Source of the DNA: Malacoraja senta
Taxonomy: Eukaryota
DNA: 64,000 nt
Direction: 5' to 3'
NCBI GenBank assembly: GCA_038087875.1
Contig: JAXLNO010000446.1
Location: forward strand, 496,001-560,000
Under the pieces are notes generated by a model. The model did not search any database and had not been told where the DNA came from. It was given only the letters and a program-made list of their open reading frames with translations. A program made the translations under genes and the position numbers. This document shows positions 35,260 through 47,077 of the stretch, in pieces; position 1 is the stretch's first letter, and each line of letters opens with the position of its first letter.

Positions 35260-36958
35260 CCCACCTAACTCATTTCCACCTACCTTGACTCCATCCTATC
35301 CCCTTGGTTAAATCCCTCCCTACCTATGTTCAAGACACCTCAGACACTCTCCGTCGTCTCCGCGCATTCCATTCTCTAGGCCCTCACCCCCTCATCTTCA
35401 CCATGGACATCGAGTCACTCTACACCTCCATCCCCCACCAGGATGGTCTCAAAGCCCTCCGGTTCTTCCTCGACCAGAGAAGCAACCTATACCCAGCCAC
35501 TGATACTCTCTTCCGCCTAGCGGAGCTGGTCCTTACCCTCAATAACTTCTCGTTCGACTCTCCCATTTCCTCCAAATACAAGGCGTAGCTATGGGCACAC
35601 GCATGGGCCCCAGCTACGCCTGCCTCTTTGTCGGGTACGTAGAACAATCCTTGTTCAATAAGTACCAGGGCCCCATCCCGACCTCTACCTCCGCTACATC
35701 GACGACTGCTTTGCTGCTACCTCCTGCACCCACACACAACTGACTGACTTCATCCGCTTCACCACCAACTTCCATCCGGCACTCAAATACACCTGGACCA
35801 TTTCCGACACTTCCCTACCATTCCTTGACCTCACTATCTCCATCGCAGGTAATAGACTTCTTACCGACATCCACTATAAACCTACTAACTCCCATGGCTA
35901 TCTGGACTACACTTCTTCCCACCCTGCTTCCGGTAAGGACTCCATCCCTACTCCCAATTCCTCCGTCTACGCCGCATCTGCTCCAGGATGAGGCGTTCCA
36001 CACCAGGGCATCTGAAATGTCCTCATTCTTCAGGGAACGGGGGTTCACTTCCTCCACCATAGATGAGGCTCGCACCAGGGTCTCTGCCATACCCCGCAAC
36101 ACTGCTCTCTCTCCCCATCCCCCCACTCGCAATAAGGGCAGAGTCCCCATAGTCCTCACCTTTCACCCTACCAGCCGTCACATACAACAAGTAATCCTCC
36201 GTCAGTTTCGCCACCTCCAACGTGACCCCACCACTCGCCACATCTTCCCATCTCCCCCCATGTCTGCCTTCCGCAAAGACCGCTCCCTCCGTAACTCCCT
36301 TGTCAATTCTTCCCTTCCCTCCCGTACCACCCCCTCCCCGGGCACTTTCCCTTGCAACCGCAAGAGATGCAAACACTTGTCCCTTTACTCCCCCCTCGAC
36401 TCCATTCAAGGACCCAAGCAGTCGTTCCAGGTGCGACAGAGGTTCACCTGCATCTCCTCCAACCTCATCTATTGCATCGCTGCTCTAGATGTCAGCTGAT
36501 CTACATCGGTGAGACCAAGCGGAGGCTTGGCGATCGTTTCGCCGAACACCTCCGTTCGGTCCGCAATAACCAACCTGACCTCCCTGTGGCTCAGCACTTC
36601 AACTCCCCCACCCATTCTGTATCCGACCTCTCTGTCCTGGGTCTCCTCCATGGCCAGAGCGAGCAACACTGGAAATTGGAGAAATGCACCTCATATTCCG
36701 CTTGGGTAGTCTGCATCATGGGGGCATGAACATTGAATTCTCCCAATTTTGCTAGCCCTTGCTGTCTCTTCCCCTTCCTCAGCCCTCTGGTTGTCTCCTC
36801 CCATCCCTCAGCCCTCTGGCTCCTCCTCCGCCTTTTTCCTTTCTTCTCCCCACCCCCCATCAGTCTGAAGAAGGATTTCGGCCCGAAACGTTGCCTATTT
36901 CCTGCGCTCCATAGATGCTGCTGCACCCGCTGAGTTTCTCCAGCATTTTTGTGTACCT
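35260..36958 (+). mobile_element. Penelope-like retroelement (5'-truncated; RT + GIY-YIG; frameshifted)
   Basis: FTMDIESLYTSIPH, GVAMGTRMGPSYA and YLRYIDD (RT); LIYCI..SRCQLIYIGETKRRLGDRFAEH (GIY-YIG); interrupts a Rex/L2-type tail (acaaaccaacc|...|cccttccattgactcc). Confidence 0.93.
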
Positions 36959-36989
36959 CCCTTCCATTGACTCCATCTACACCTCACAA

Positions 36990-37847
36990 TTTGCCAGCGG
37001 CGGTACAATGAAAAAGAACACACAAAAACACACTAAAAATGTAACACAAACATCCACCACAGCATTCATCACTGTGGTGGAAGGCACAAAATTTGGCCAG
37101 TCCTCCTCCATTTTCCCCGTGGTCGGGACCTCAACCCTCCGTAGCCATCGCTGTGGGCGTCCAGATGTGCAGACAGGTAAAAAGTCCAGGTAAGTCCAGA
37201 ATCGGTGCCTCCCCACCGGAGGACCGCGGGTTCAGGCTGGTGTAGGCCGCAGGCCGGCGGTCGGAGATTTAAAGTTCCCGCCGCGCCGCAGCCAGAAGCA
37301 CCGCAGACTGCGGGGCCGGTGGTCGAAGCTTCCCTCCAGGGGTCCCCGGCGAGGGACCCCGCTACTGATGGCAAGTCCATGCCGTGCTCGCGGTAGAAGT
37401 TGGCCACGGGCCGGCATTCGGAGCTTCTTCTCCCCCCGGGTCCCCAACGAGGGATCCCAGGCTGCGGACGCCACGCCGGCTGGAGCTCTGCAGACCGCGG
37501 CTTCAGGCTGTCGTGGGCCAGCGAATGGAGCGCTCCCCTCCGGCAAGGGCTCGCCCGCTCCACGCCGAGAGTCCACGCTGGGCCCGCAGCTGAAGCCCCG
37601 GGCCCGTCTCCAGGAAAGGCCGCACCGATCCTTGCTGTTAGGCCACGGGGGAGGCGACATGGAATAAGTCGCTTCTCCGTGGAGGAGGTGACCGAAGCAG
37701 TTTCCCCCTTACCCCCCCACACCACCCCCAACACAAGACACAGAGGAACATTAAAAACATACATAATACATACTAAAAAAACAAAAAAAGTAGAAAGAAC
37801 TGACACGCTGCTGACAGGCCTGCCGGCTTGCAGCGCCCCCACCGATT
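36990..37847 (-). mobile_element. Unclassified CpG-rich interspersed element (probably a non-autonomous retroelement)
   Basis: Abrupt GC/CpG-rich block inside AT-rich intron; no credible ORF; perfect 10-bp stem tccaccacag...ctgtggtgga at ~37053-37081. Orientation is tentative. Confidence 0.4.
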
Positions 37848-37992
37848 AAACTTTCCCTTCAGAATAGATGAGCAATATAATTGTTGAAAATGTCAATTCT
37901 GGTTCCATTTATAATAATAGTGACAGATAACTCTATCTCTCTGTTTAGAGTTTGTTATTGATTTATTTTCAAAATAACTTTTTTTTTTCAAG

Positions 37993-38111
37993 TTTATATT
38001 CAAGAGAAAGTTGAATGTTCCCAAGGAGTTCATCTATGCGACGATGCATTCAAAGCCCGGGGGAGCCGAGTGTCTGATCCAACATATATACACCTTGCTG
38101 ACAAATAGACA
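37993..38111 (+). CDS. SPATA4: SPATA4 exon 3 (FIFKRKLNVPKEFIYATMHSKPGGAECLIQHIYTLLTNRQ)
   Basis: poly-T caag acceptor, gtgagt donor; 119 nt; phases fit. Confidence 0.9.
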
Positions 38112-39720
38112 GTGAGTATGTGTGCTCCACCTTCTTCCCTTTACCAAGCACTAGCAAGGACCAGTCTCATCCCGGACACACTCCCTCTTCTCCCTCTCCC
38201 TCCCATTGACTCCATCTACACCTCACGATGCCTCAGCAAGGCCAGCAGCATAATCCAGGACCAGTCTCCCCCCGGACACTCCCTCTTCTCCCCTCTCCAT
38301 TCAGGCAAGAGCTATAGAAGTGTGAAAACACACACCTCCAGATTCGGGACAGTTTCTTCCCAGCTGTTATCAGGCATCATCGTCCTTTCACCAACTAGAG
38401 AGCGGTCCTGAGCTACCATCTACCTCATTGGAGACCCTCGACTATCATTAATCGGACTTTACTGAATTTTATCTTGCACTAAACGTAATTCCCTTTATCC
38501 TGTATCTGTACACTGTGGACGGCTCGATTGTAATCATGTGCAGTCTTTCCGTTGACTGGATAACATGCAACAAAAAACGTTTTCACTGTATTGAGATACA
38601 CATGAGAATATATAAACCCACACCTATAAGGTACTTACACTTGTCCTGACACCATGCAAGGATAACGGTCACTTAGACTGGATACCAACTGGCTTAATAG
38701 CAGCCGTAAAACTAAATCACAGTAGGAACTGTCATACTTAGAAATAAGGAACTGCAGATGCTGGTTTACAAAAAAAGGATACATAGTGCTGGAGTAACTC
38801 AGCAGGTCAGGCAGAATCTCTGTCTGAAGAAGGGTGGTCGACCTGAATCGTCACCTATCCATGTTCTCCACAGATGCTGCCTGACCCGCTGAGTTACTCC
38901 AGCACTCTATCTACCGAGGTACAATAACCATATAACCATATAACCATTACAGCACGGAAACAGGGCCATCTCGGCCCTTCAAGTCCGTGCCGAACATTTT
39001 TTTTTTAATTTTTAAAAAAAAAAAAAAAATACTTCCCCCTGTCCCATCTACCTGCACTCAGACCATAACCCTCCTTTCCTTTCCCGTCCATATACCCATC
39101 CAATCTATTTTTAAAGGATAAAATCGAACCAGCCTCCACCACGTCCACTGGAAGCTCATTCCACACAGCTACCACTCTCTGAGTAAAGAAGTTCCCCCTA
39201 ATGTTACCCCTAAACTTCTGTCCCTTAATTCTCAAGTCATGTCCCCTTGTTCTCAAGTCATGTCACCTTGTTCTCAAGTCATGTCCCCTTGATAAGCTTG
39301 ATCACAATGATAAGCTTTTGTTGCGTGCTAACCAGTCAGCTTATGGAAAATACATGATTACAGTTGAGCCATTCACAGTGTATAGATACATGATAAGGAA
39401 TAACATTTAGTGCAAGATAAAGCCAGTAAAGTCCGAGCAAGGAGAGTCCGAGGATCACCAATGAGATAGACAGTAGTTGAGGTTTGGTTGGCTGATAACA
39501 GTTGGGAAGAAACTGTGTCTGAATCTGGAGGTGTGCGTTTTCACACTTCTGGATCTTTTACCGGAAGGGAGAGGGGAGAAGAGGGAGTGGCCAGGGTGTG
39601 TCTGGTCCTTGATTATGCTGCTGGCCTTGCCGAGGCAGCGTGAGGTATGAAAGGGAGGTTGGTTTGTGTGATGGTCTGGTCTGCGTCCACAATTCGCTCC
39701 AATTTCTTGCGTCTTGGATG

Positions 39721-41870
39721 TGATAATTGCTTGTTTCTAAGCTTCCCCCCAGACTAGTTTCAGTAAAAACACTAAATCAAGCATGGGAAACAACTACATT
39801 TTATTTTACCAAAAGCGCATCACAGATCACACACTGTATCTATCCCACGACGGGTTCGATCCTCGCGGCTGCTTGTTCAAGCCCTCTAGGCCTCGCTCAG
39901 ACAGAGGCACTCCAGACGTTTACGCAGTCCCGAGCGCTCTTTCAGAAGATCGATGCTGAGCCTCGTGATCGCGGACTTTTATAGGTCCCGGGACCTCGAG
40001 GGGTCGAACCACATGGGGGTGGTCTCTCAATAACCCAATTACAGATATCGATTAACCCCATACATAACAGGCATTCCCCTAACCCAATGATACAACAGTT
40101 CAATACATTGTATTCTCAACGGACTTTGAGTGGAAGTCAACTTAGAAACATTTACCCTGATTAACAGATAACCTAGACAAGGCTCAACACCTCATCCAAT
40201 CAACACTTGGCAAAGTCAAACGCTGTAACATTATTTACATTATTTACAAAGTGTATGTCTGGTTTGCAGCCATCTAATCCATTCTATGCATTTTGCACCT
40301 AATTGACAGGGTTTGCAGATCTCCCATTCTTTGTTTGCAAATTGTATCTAAGCTCCAGACACTCTGGCAACTCTCACAGATACATAGATACATAGAAAAT
40401 AGGTGCAGGAGTAGGCCATTCGGCCCTTCGAGCCTGCACCGCCATTCAATATGATCATGGCTGATCATCCAACTCAGTATCCCGTACCTCCCTTCTCTCC
40501 ATACCCCCTGATCCCTTTAGCCACAAGGGCCACATCTAACTCCCTCTTAAATATAGCCAATGAACTGGCCTCAACTACCCTCTGTGGTAGAGAGTTCCAG
40601 AGATTCACCACTCTCTGTGTGAAAACGTTTTTTCTCATCTCGGTCTTAAAGGATTTCCCCCTTATCCTTAAGCTGTGACCCCTTGTCCTGGACTTCCCCA
40701 ACATCGGGAACAATCTTCCTGCATCTAGCCTGTCCAACCCCATAAGAATTTTGTACGTTTCTATAAGATCCCCTCTCAATCTCCTAAATTCTAGCGAGTA
40801 TAAGCCAAGTCTATCCAGTCTTTCTTCATACGAAAGTCCTGACATCCCAGGAATCAGTCTGGTGAACCTTCTCTGCACTCCCTCTATGGCTATAATGTCC
40901 TTCCTCAGATTTGGAGACCAAAACTGTACGCAATACTCCAGGTGTGGTCTCACCAAGACCCTGTACAACTGCAGTAGAACCTCCCTGCTCCTATACTCAA
41001 ATCCTTTGCTATCCTAACATACCATTCGCTTTCTTCACTGCCTGCTGCACCTGCATGCCTACTTTCAATGACTGGTGTACTATGACACCTAGGTTTCGCT
41101 GCATCTCCCTTTTCCTAATCGGCCACCATTTAGATAATAGTCTGCTTTCCTGTTTTTGCCACCAAAATGGATAACCTCACATTTATCCACATTATACTGC
41201 ATCTGCCAAACATTTGCCCACTCACCCAGCCTATCCAAGTCACCTCGCAGTCTCCGAGCATCCTCCTCACAGCTAACACTGCCCCCCAGCTTAGTGTCAT
41301 CCGCAAACTTGGAGATGTTGCCTTCAATTCCCTCATCCAGTCATTAATATAAATTGTAAATAGCTGGGGTCCCAGCACTGAGCCTTGCGGTACCCCACTA
41401 GTCACTGCCTGCCATTGTGAAAAGGACCCGTTTACTCCTACTCTTTTCTTCCTGTTTGCCAGCCAGTTCTCTATCCACATCAATACTGAACCCCCAATGC
41501 CATGTGCTTTAAGTTTGTATACTAATCTCTTATGTGGGACCTTGTCGAAAGCCTTCTGAAAGTCCAGATACAACAAATCCACTGGTTCTCCCCTATCCAC
41601 TCTACTAGTTACTATCCACCCTACTAGTTACATCCTCGAAAAATTCTATAAGATTCGTCAGACATGATTTACCTTTCGTAAATCCATGCTGACTTTGTCC
41701 AATGATTTCACCACTTTCCAAATGTGCTGCTATCCCATCTTTAATAAGCTCTCTCCACAGCTTGTCCCAGCTCTGCAGAGAGCAATTCCAATTTGACCAA
41801 ATCTCCCAGCAACCCTGAAACTTTACCCCATTTTGAAGTCCTAGCTGATCCAATTTAGCCAGGATTAACA
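39721..41870 (-). mobile_element. Solo LTR (~780 bp, ERV- or Gypsy-like), interrupted by a CR1 copy
   Basis: TG...CA ends (TGATAATT / GATTAACA); GATG TSD at 39717-39720 and 41871-41874; the host Rex/L2 tail continues across the site; minus-strand TATAAAA (39977-39983) and AATAAA (39800-39805). Confidence 0.82.
40379..41747 (-). mobile_element. 5'-truncated CR1 LINE inserted in the solo LTR
   Basis: RT C-terminal motifs; (gatacata)n tail on the + strand. Confidence 0.93.
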
Positions 41871-42657
41871 GATGGAGCTGTTCCCAAACCAAGCTGTGAC
41901 ACATCCCGATAGAATGGTGAGTCTGTGGAATTCTCTGCCTCAGAGGGCGGTGGAGGCCGGTTGATTGGATACTTTCAAGAGAGAGCTAGATAGGGCTCTT
42001 AAAGATAGCGGAGTCAGGGGATATGGGGAGAAGGCAGGAACAGGGTACTGATTGGGGATGATCAGCCATGATCACATTGAATGGCGGTGCTGGCTCGAAG
42101 GGCTGAATGGCCTACTCCTGCACCTATTGTCTATTGTCTATAAATCAATGGATTTGGTACGTCACATCTAGCGGCACAGTGGCACAGCGGTAGAGTTGCT
42201 GCCTCACAGGTGGGGCAGCTGGGTGTGATCCTCACCTCAGGTGCTGTCTGTACGGAGTTCCTACCTTCTCCCTGTGACCATGTGGGTTTACTTCTGCATT
42301 CCAAAAATGCCTGGGTTTGTAGATTAATTGCACCTCTGTAAATTGTCCCTAGTGTGTAAGGAGTCGATGAGAAAGTGGGATAACATAGAATTAGTGAACT
42401 ATAGAACTAGAAGGGTCTCGATGGGAAATGTCACCCATTCCTTCACTCTAGAGATGCTGCCTGTCACGCTGAGTTACTCCAACATTTTGTGTCTATCATC
42501 AATGTAAACCAGCATCGGCAGTTCCTTGCAATACACAGAACTAGTGTGAATGGATGATCGACGGTCGACGGGGACTGGGTGGGCCAAAGGGACTGTTTCC
42601 ACACTGTACCTCCTTTTAAACAAATCACCTTTCCTCATAATCTTTCTCTGTTTATAG

Positions 42658-42878
42658 AGCAAAGCTCATCCTGGACGATGAGATCAACTTCACCAACTAT
42701 CCTTACCAGCAAAAGCTGCCAATGGTTGCCAGGGCCACTGCTACCAACGCTATCCACAGCAACCTGAGGTTGACTGAGATCTTGGAACAGCCCGATGAGT
42801 TCACAAATAAACAGAAAACCCTGGACATCATCGACCTGCATTTGCAACTGAGGCGGCTGGCAAAACAGCAGAACCCAA
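42658..42878 (+). CDS. SPATA4: SPATA4 exon 4 (AKLILDDEINFTNYPYQQKLPMVARATATNAIHSNLRLTE...QQNP)
   Basis: tttatag acceptor, gtgagt donor; 221 nt; the NFT..YQ..LP.V.R.T motif matches SPATA4 as recalled. Confidence 0.9.
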
Positions 42879-42924
42879 GTGAGTGGATAAACTTAGCTGT
42901 TTGTATATTTGGGCAGAAGGTAGA

Positions 42925-43208
42925 CAGAGTGCTGGACTAACTCAGCGGGTCAGGCAGCATCCGTGGAGAACATGGATAGGTGACGTTTCACAGAGTGCTG
43001 GAGTAACTCAGCGGGTCAGGCAGTATCTGCGGAGAACATGGATAGGTGACGTTTCACAGAGTGCTGGAGTAACTCAGCAGGTCAGGCAATATCTGTGGAG
43101 AACATGGATAGGTGACGTTTCACAGAGTGCTGGAGTAACTCAGCGGGTCAGGCAGCATCTCTGGAGAGAAGGAATAGGTAGCGTTTTGGGTCGAGACCCT
43201 TCTTCACA
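42925..43208 (+). repeat. 66-bp Penelope-terminus-derived unit, ~4 copies, ending in an antisense hammerhead-like stem
   Basis: Same unit as 50567-51290. Confidence 0.88.
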
Positions 43209-43708
43209 TTTCTTCAGATATTTGGACAACTTTGTTTCAAATCCTTGTCCAACATTTTTCATAAAGAGTCCCCATCCTGATTTGAATCTCCAGTTTAAAT
43301 TCCATTTGGAATATTTTTGGAGGATCAGGAAGCCAAGAACCAAGAGTGAGATAGTGCTGAGAGCCAAAGTCCGTGTTTGATTTTATTTACTTGCCCAGGT
43401 CTCTCACGTGACCCCGAGAGTCAACAGTGTTTAGTTGCCACATTTACCGCTAACGGAACGATGACATTCTTATTGGCTGTAGCTTTACATGCCCATAAAG
43501 CAATAACACACAGATAAATATACTGATCAATGATACAATACATTAATAACAATGATACTAGGTAACCATAATAGTGCAAAACCAGTCTGTAATGCAGCCA
43601 AAGACACAGTCCATAGAAGATCACGGTTTCTGAGGTTAGTGTGCAATGTTCAAGAGCCTGATGGTTGCTGGGAAGAAGCTGTTTTTGAACCTGGAGGTCA
43701 CGGTTTTC

Positions 43709-46700
43709 ATAGATACATAGATACATAGAAAATAGGTGCAGGAGTAGGCCATTCGGCCCTTCGAGCCTGCACTGCCATTCAATATGATCATGGCTGATCA
43801 TCCAACTCAGTATCCCGTACCTGCCTTCTCTCCATACCCCCTGATCCCCTTAGCCACAAGGGCCACATCTAACTCCCTCTTAAATATAGCCAATGAACTG
43901 GCCTCAACTACCCTCTGTGGCAGAGAGTTCCAGAGATTCACCACTCTGTGTGTGAAAAAGTTTTTCCTCATCTCGGTCTTAAACGATTTCCCCCTTATCC
44001 TTAAGCTGTGACCCCTTGTCCTGGACTTCCCCAACATCGGGAACAATCTTCCTGCATCTAGCCTGTCCAACCCCATAAGAATTTTGTACGTTTCTATAAG
44101 ATCCCCTCTCAATCTCCTAAATTCCAGCGAGTATAAGCCAAGTCTATCCAGTCTTTCTTCATATGAAAGTCCTGACATCCCAGGAATCAGTCTGGTGAAC
44201 CTTCTCTGCACTCCCTCTATGGCTATAATGTCCTTCCTCAGATTTGGAGACCAAAACTGTACGCAATACTCCAGGTGTGGTCTCACCAAGACCCTGTACA
44301 ACTGCAGTAGAACCTCCCTGCTCCTATACTCAAATCCTTTTGCTATGAAAGCTAACATACCATTCGCTTTCTTCACTGCCTGCTGCACCTGCATGCCTAC
44401 TTTCAATGACTGGAGTACCATGACACCCAGGTCTCGCTGCATCTCCCCATTTCCTAATCGGCCACCATTTAGATAATAGTCTGCTTTCCTGTTTTTGCCA
44501 CCAAAGTGGATAACCTCACATTTATCCACATTATACTGCATCGGCCAAACATTTGCCCACTCACCCAGCCTATCCAAGTCACCTTGCAGTCTCCTAGCAT
44601 CCTCCTCACAGCTAACACTGCCCCCCAGCTTAGTGTCATCCGCAAACTTGGAGATGTTGCCTTCAATTCCCTCATCCAGGTCATTAATATAAATTGTAAA
44701 TAGCTGGGGTCCCAGCACTGAGCCTTGCGGTACCCCACTAGTCACTGCCTGCCATTGTGAAAAGGACCCGTTTACTCCTACTCTTTGCTTCCTGTTTGCC
44801 AGCCAGTTCTCTATCCACATCAATACTGAACCCCCAATACCGTGTGCTTTAAGTTTGTATACTAATCTCTTATGTGGTACCTTGTCGAAAGCCTTCTGAA
44901 AGTCCAGATACAACACATCCACTGGTTCTCCCCTATCCACTCTACTAGTTACATCCTCGAAAAATTCTATAAGATTCGTCAGACATGATTTACCTTTCGT
45001 AAATCCATGCTGACTTTGTCCAATGATTTCACCACTTTCCAAATGTCCTGCTATCCCATCTTTCATAAGTGACTCTAGCAGTTTCCCCACTACCGATGTT
45101 AGACTAGCTGGTCTGTAATTCCCCGTTTTCTCTCTCCCTCCCTTCTTAAAAAGTGGGGTTACGTTTGCTACCCTCCAATCCTCAGGAACTACTCCAGAAT
45201 CTAAAGAGTTTTGAAAAATTATCACTAATGCATCCACTATTTCTGTAGCTACTTCCTTAAGTACTCTGGGATGCAGCCTATCTGGCCCTGGTGATTTATC
45301 GGCCTTTAATCCATTCAATTTACCCAACACCACTTCCCGACTAACCTGGATTTCACTCAGTTCCTCCATCTCCTTTGACCCGCGGCCCCCTGCTATTTCC
45401 GGCAGATTATTTATGTCTTAGTGAAGACGGAACCAAAGTAGTTATTCAATTGGTCCGCCATATCCTTGTTCCCCATGATCAATTCACCTGTTTCTGACTG
45501 CAAGGGACCTACATTTGTTTTAACTAATCTCTTTCTCTTCACATATCTATAAAAACTTTTGCAGTCAGTTTTTATGTTCCCTGCCAGTTTCCTTTCATAA
45601 TCTATTTTCCCTTTCCTAATTAAGCCCTTTGTCCTCCTCTGCTGGTCTCTGAATTTCTCCCAGTCCTCTGGTATGCTGCTTTTTCTGGCTAATTTGTACG
45701 CATCATCTTTTGCTTTGATACTATCGCTGATTTCCCTTGTTATCCATGGATGCACTACCTTCCCCGATTTATTCTTTTGCCAAACTGGGATGAACAATTT
45801 TTGTAGTTCATCCATGCAGTCTTTAAATGCCTTCCATTGCATATCCACCGTCAACCCTTTTAGAACTAATTGCCAGTCAATCTTGGCCAATTCACGTCTC
45901 ATACCCTCAAAGTTACCTTTCTTTAAGTTCAGAACCGTTGTTTCTGAATTAACAATGTCACTCTCCATCCTAATGAAGAACTCAACCATATTATGGTCAC
46001 TCTTGCCGAAGGGGGCACGCACAACTAGACTGTTAACTAACCCTTCCTCATTACTCAATACCCAGTCTAGAATAGCCTGCTCTCTCGTTGGTTCCTCTAC
46101 ATGTTGGTTTAGATAACTATCCCGCATACATTCCAAGAAATCCTCTTCCTCAGCACCCCTGCCAATTTGATTCACCCAATCTATATGTAGATTGAAGTCA
46201 CCCATTATAACTGTTTTGCCTTTGTTGCACGCATTTCTAATTTCCTGTTTGATGCCATCCCCAACTTCACTACTACTGCTAGGTGGCCTGTACACAACAC
46301 CCACCAGCGTTTTCTGCCCCTTAGTGTTTCGCAGCTCTACCCATACCGATTCCACATCCTCCAAGCTAATGTCCTTCCTTTCCACTGCGTTAATCTCCTC
46401 TCTAACCAGCAACGCTACCCCACCTCCTTTTCCTGTCTCTCTATCCCTCCTGAGTATTGAATATCCCTGGATGTTCAGCTCCCAGCCTTGGTCACCCTGG
46501 AGCCATGTCTCCGTGATCCCAACTATATCATAATCATTAATTGCTATCTGCACGTTCAACTCATCCACCTTATTACGAATGCTCCTTGCATTGAGACACA
46601 AAGCCTTCAGGCTTGTTTTTACAACGCTCTTACCCCTTATACAATTATGTTGAAAAGTGGCCCTTTTTGATTTTTGCCCTGGATTTGTCTGCCTGCCACT

Positions 46701-46965
46701 TTTACTTTTCACCTCGCTACCTATTGCTTCCGCCCGCATTTTACACCCCTCTGTTTCTCTGCTCACCCATTTAAGAACCCCACCACCTCTTATTCTCTGT
46801 TTATTATTGTTTTTTTCTTTCCCCCCTACATGTTGGGTCTGAGTGCTTTCCTTCTCTGCCTCCTGCCTCACACACTGTCTAATAGCATTCTCTATTTGAG
46901 TCCCTCCCCCCAACCATTCTAGTTTAAAGTCTCCCCAGTAGCCTTTGCAGATCTCCCCACCAGGA
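43709..46965 (-). mobile_element. Young CR1 LINE with near-complete ORF2 (APE + RT), apparently broken by one small deletion near 45419
   Basis: Uninterrupted ORFs 45411-~46950 (endonuclease) and 43807-45369 (520-aa RT); ttatgtcttagtg here vs ttatgtcttcctcagtg in the sister copy at ~25085. Confidence 0.95.
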
Positions 46966-47077
46966 TCAGGCTCCTGTACCTTATTCCTGATGGTAGCAGT
47001 GAGATGAGAGCGTGGCCAGGGTGGTGTGGGTCTCTGATGATGCTGGCTGCCTTTTTGAGGCAGCGACTCCAGTAGAT

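Noticed and set aside
37069..37849. 257-aa and other ORFs in the GC-rich block
   Set aside because: No recognisable domain; open frames are expected at this GC content.
39229..39291. 21-bp triplication ttctcaagtcatgtccccttg
   Set aside because: Local slippage at the truncated end of a CR1 fragment; no sign of function.
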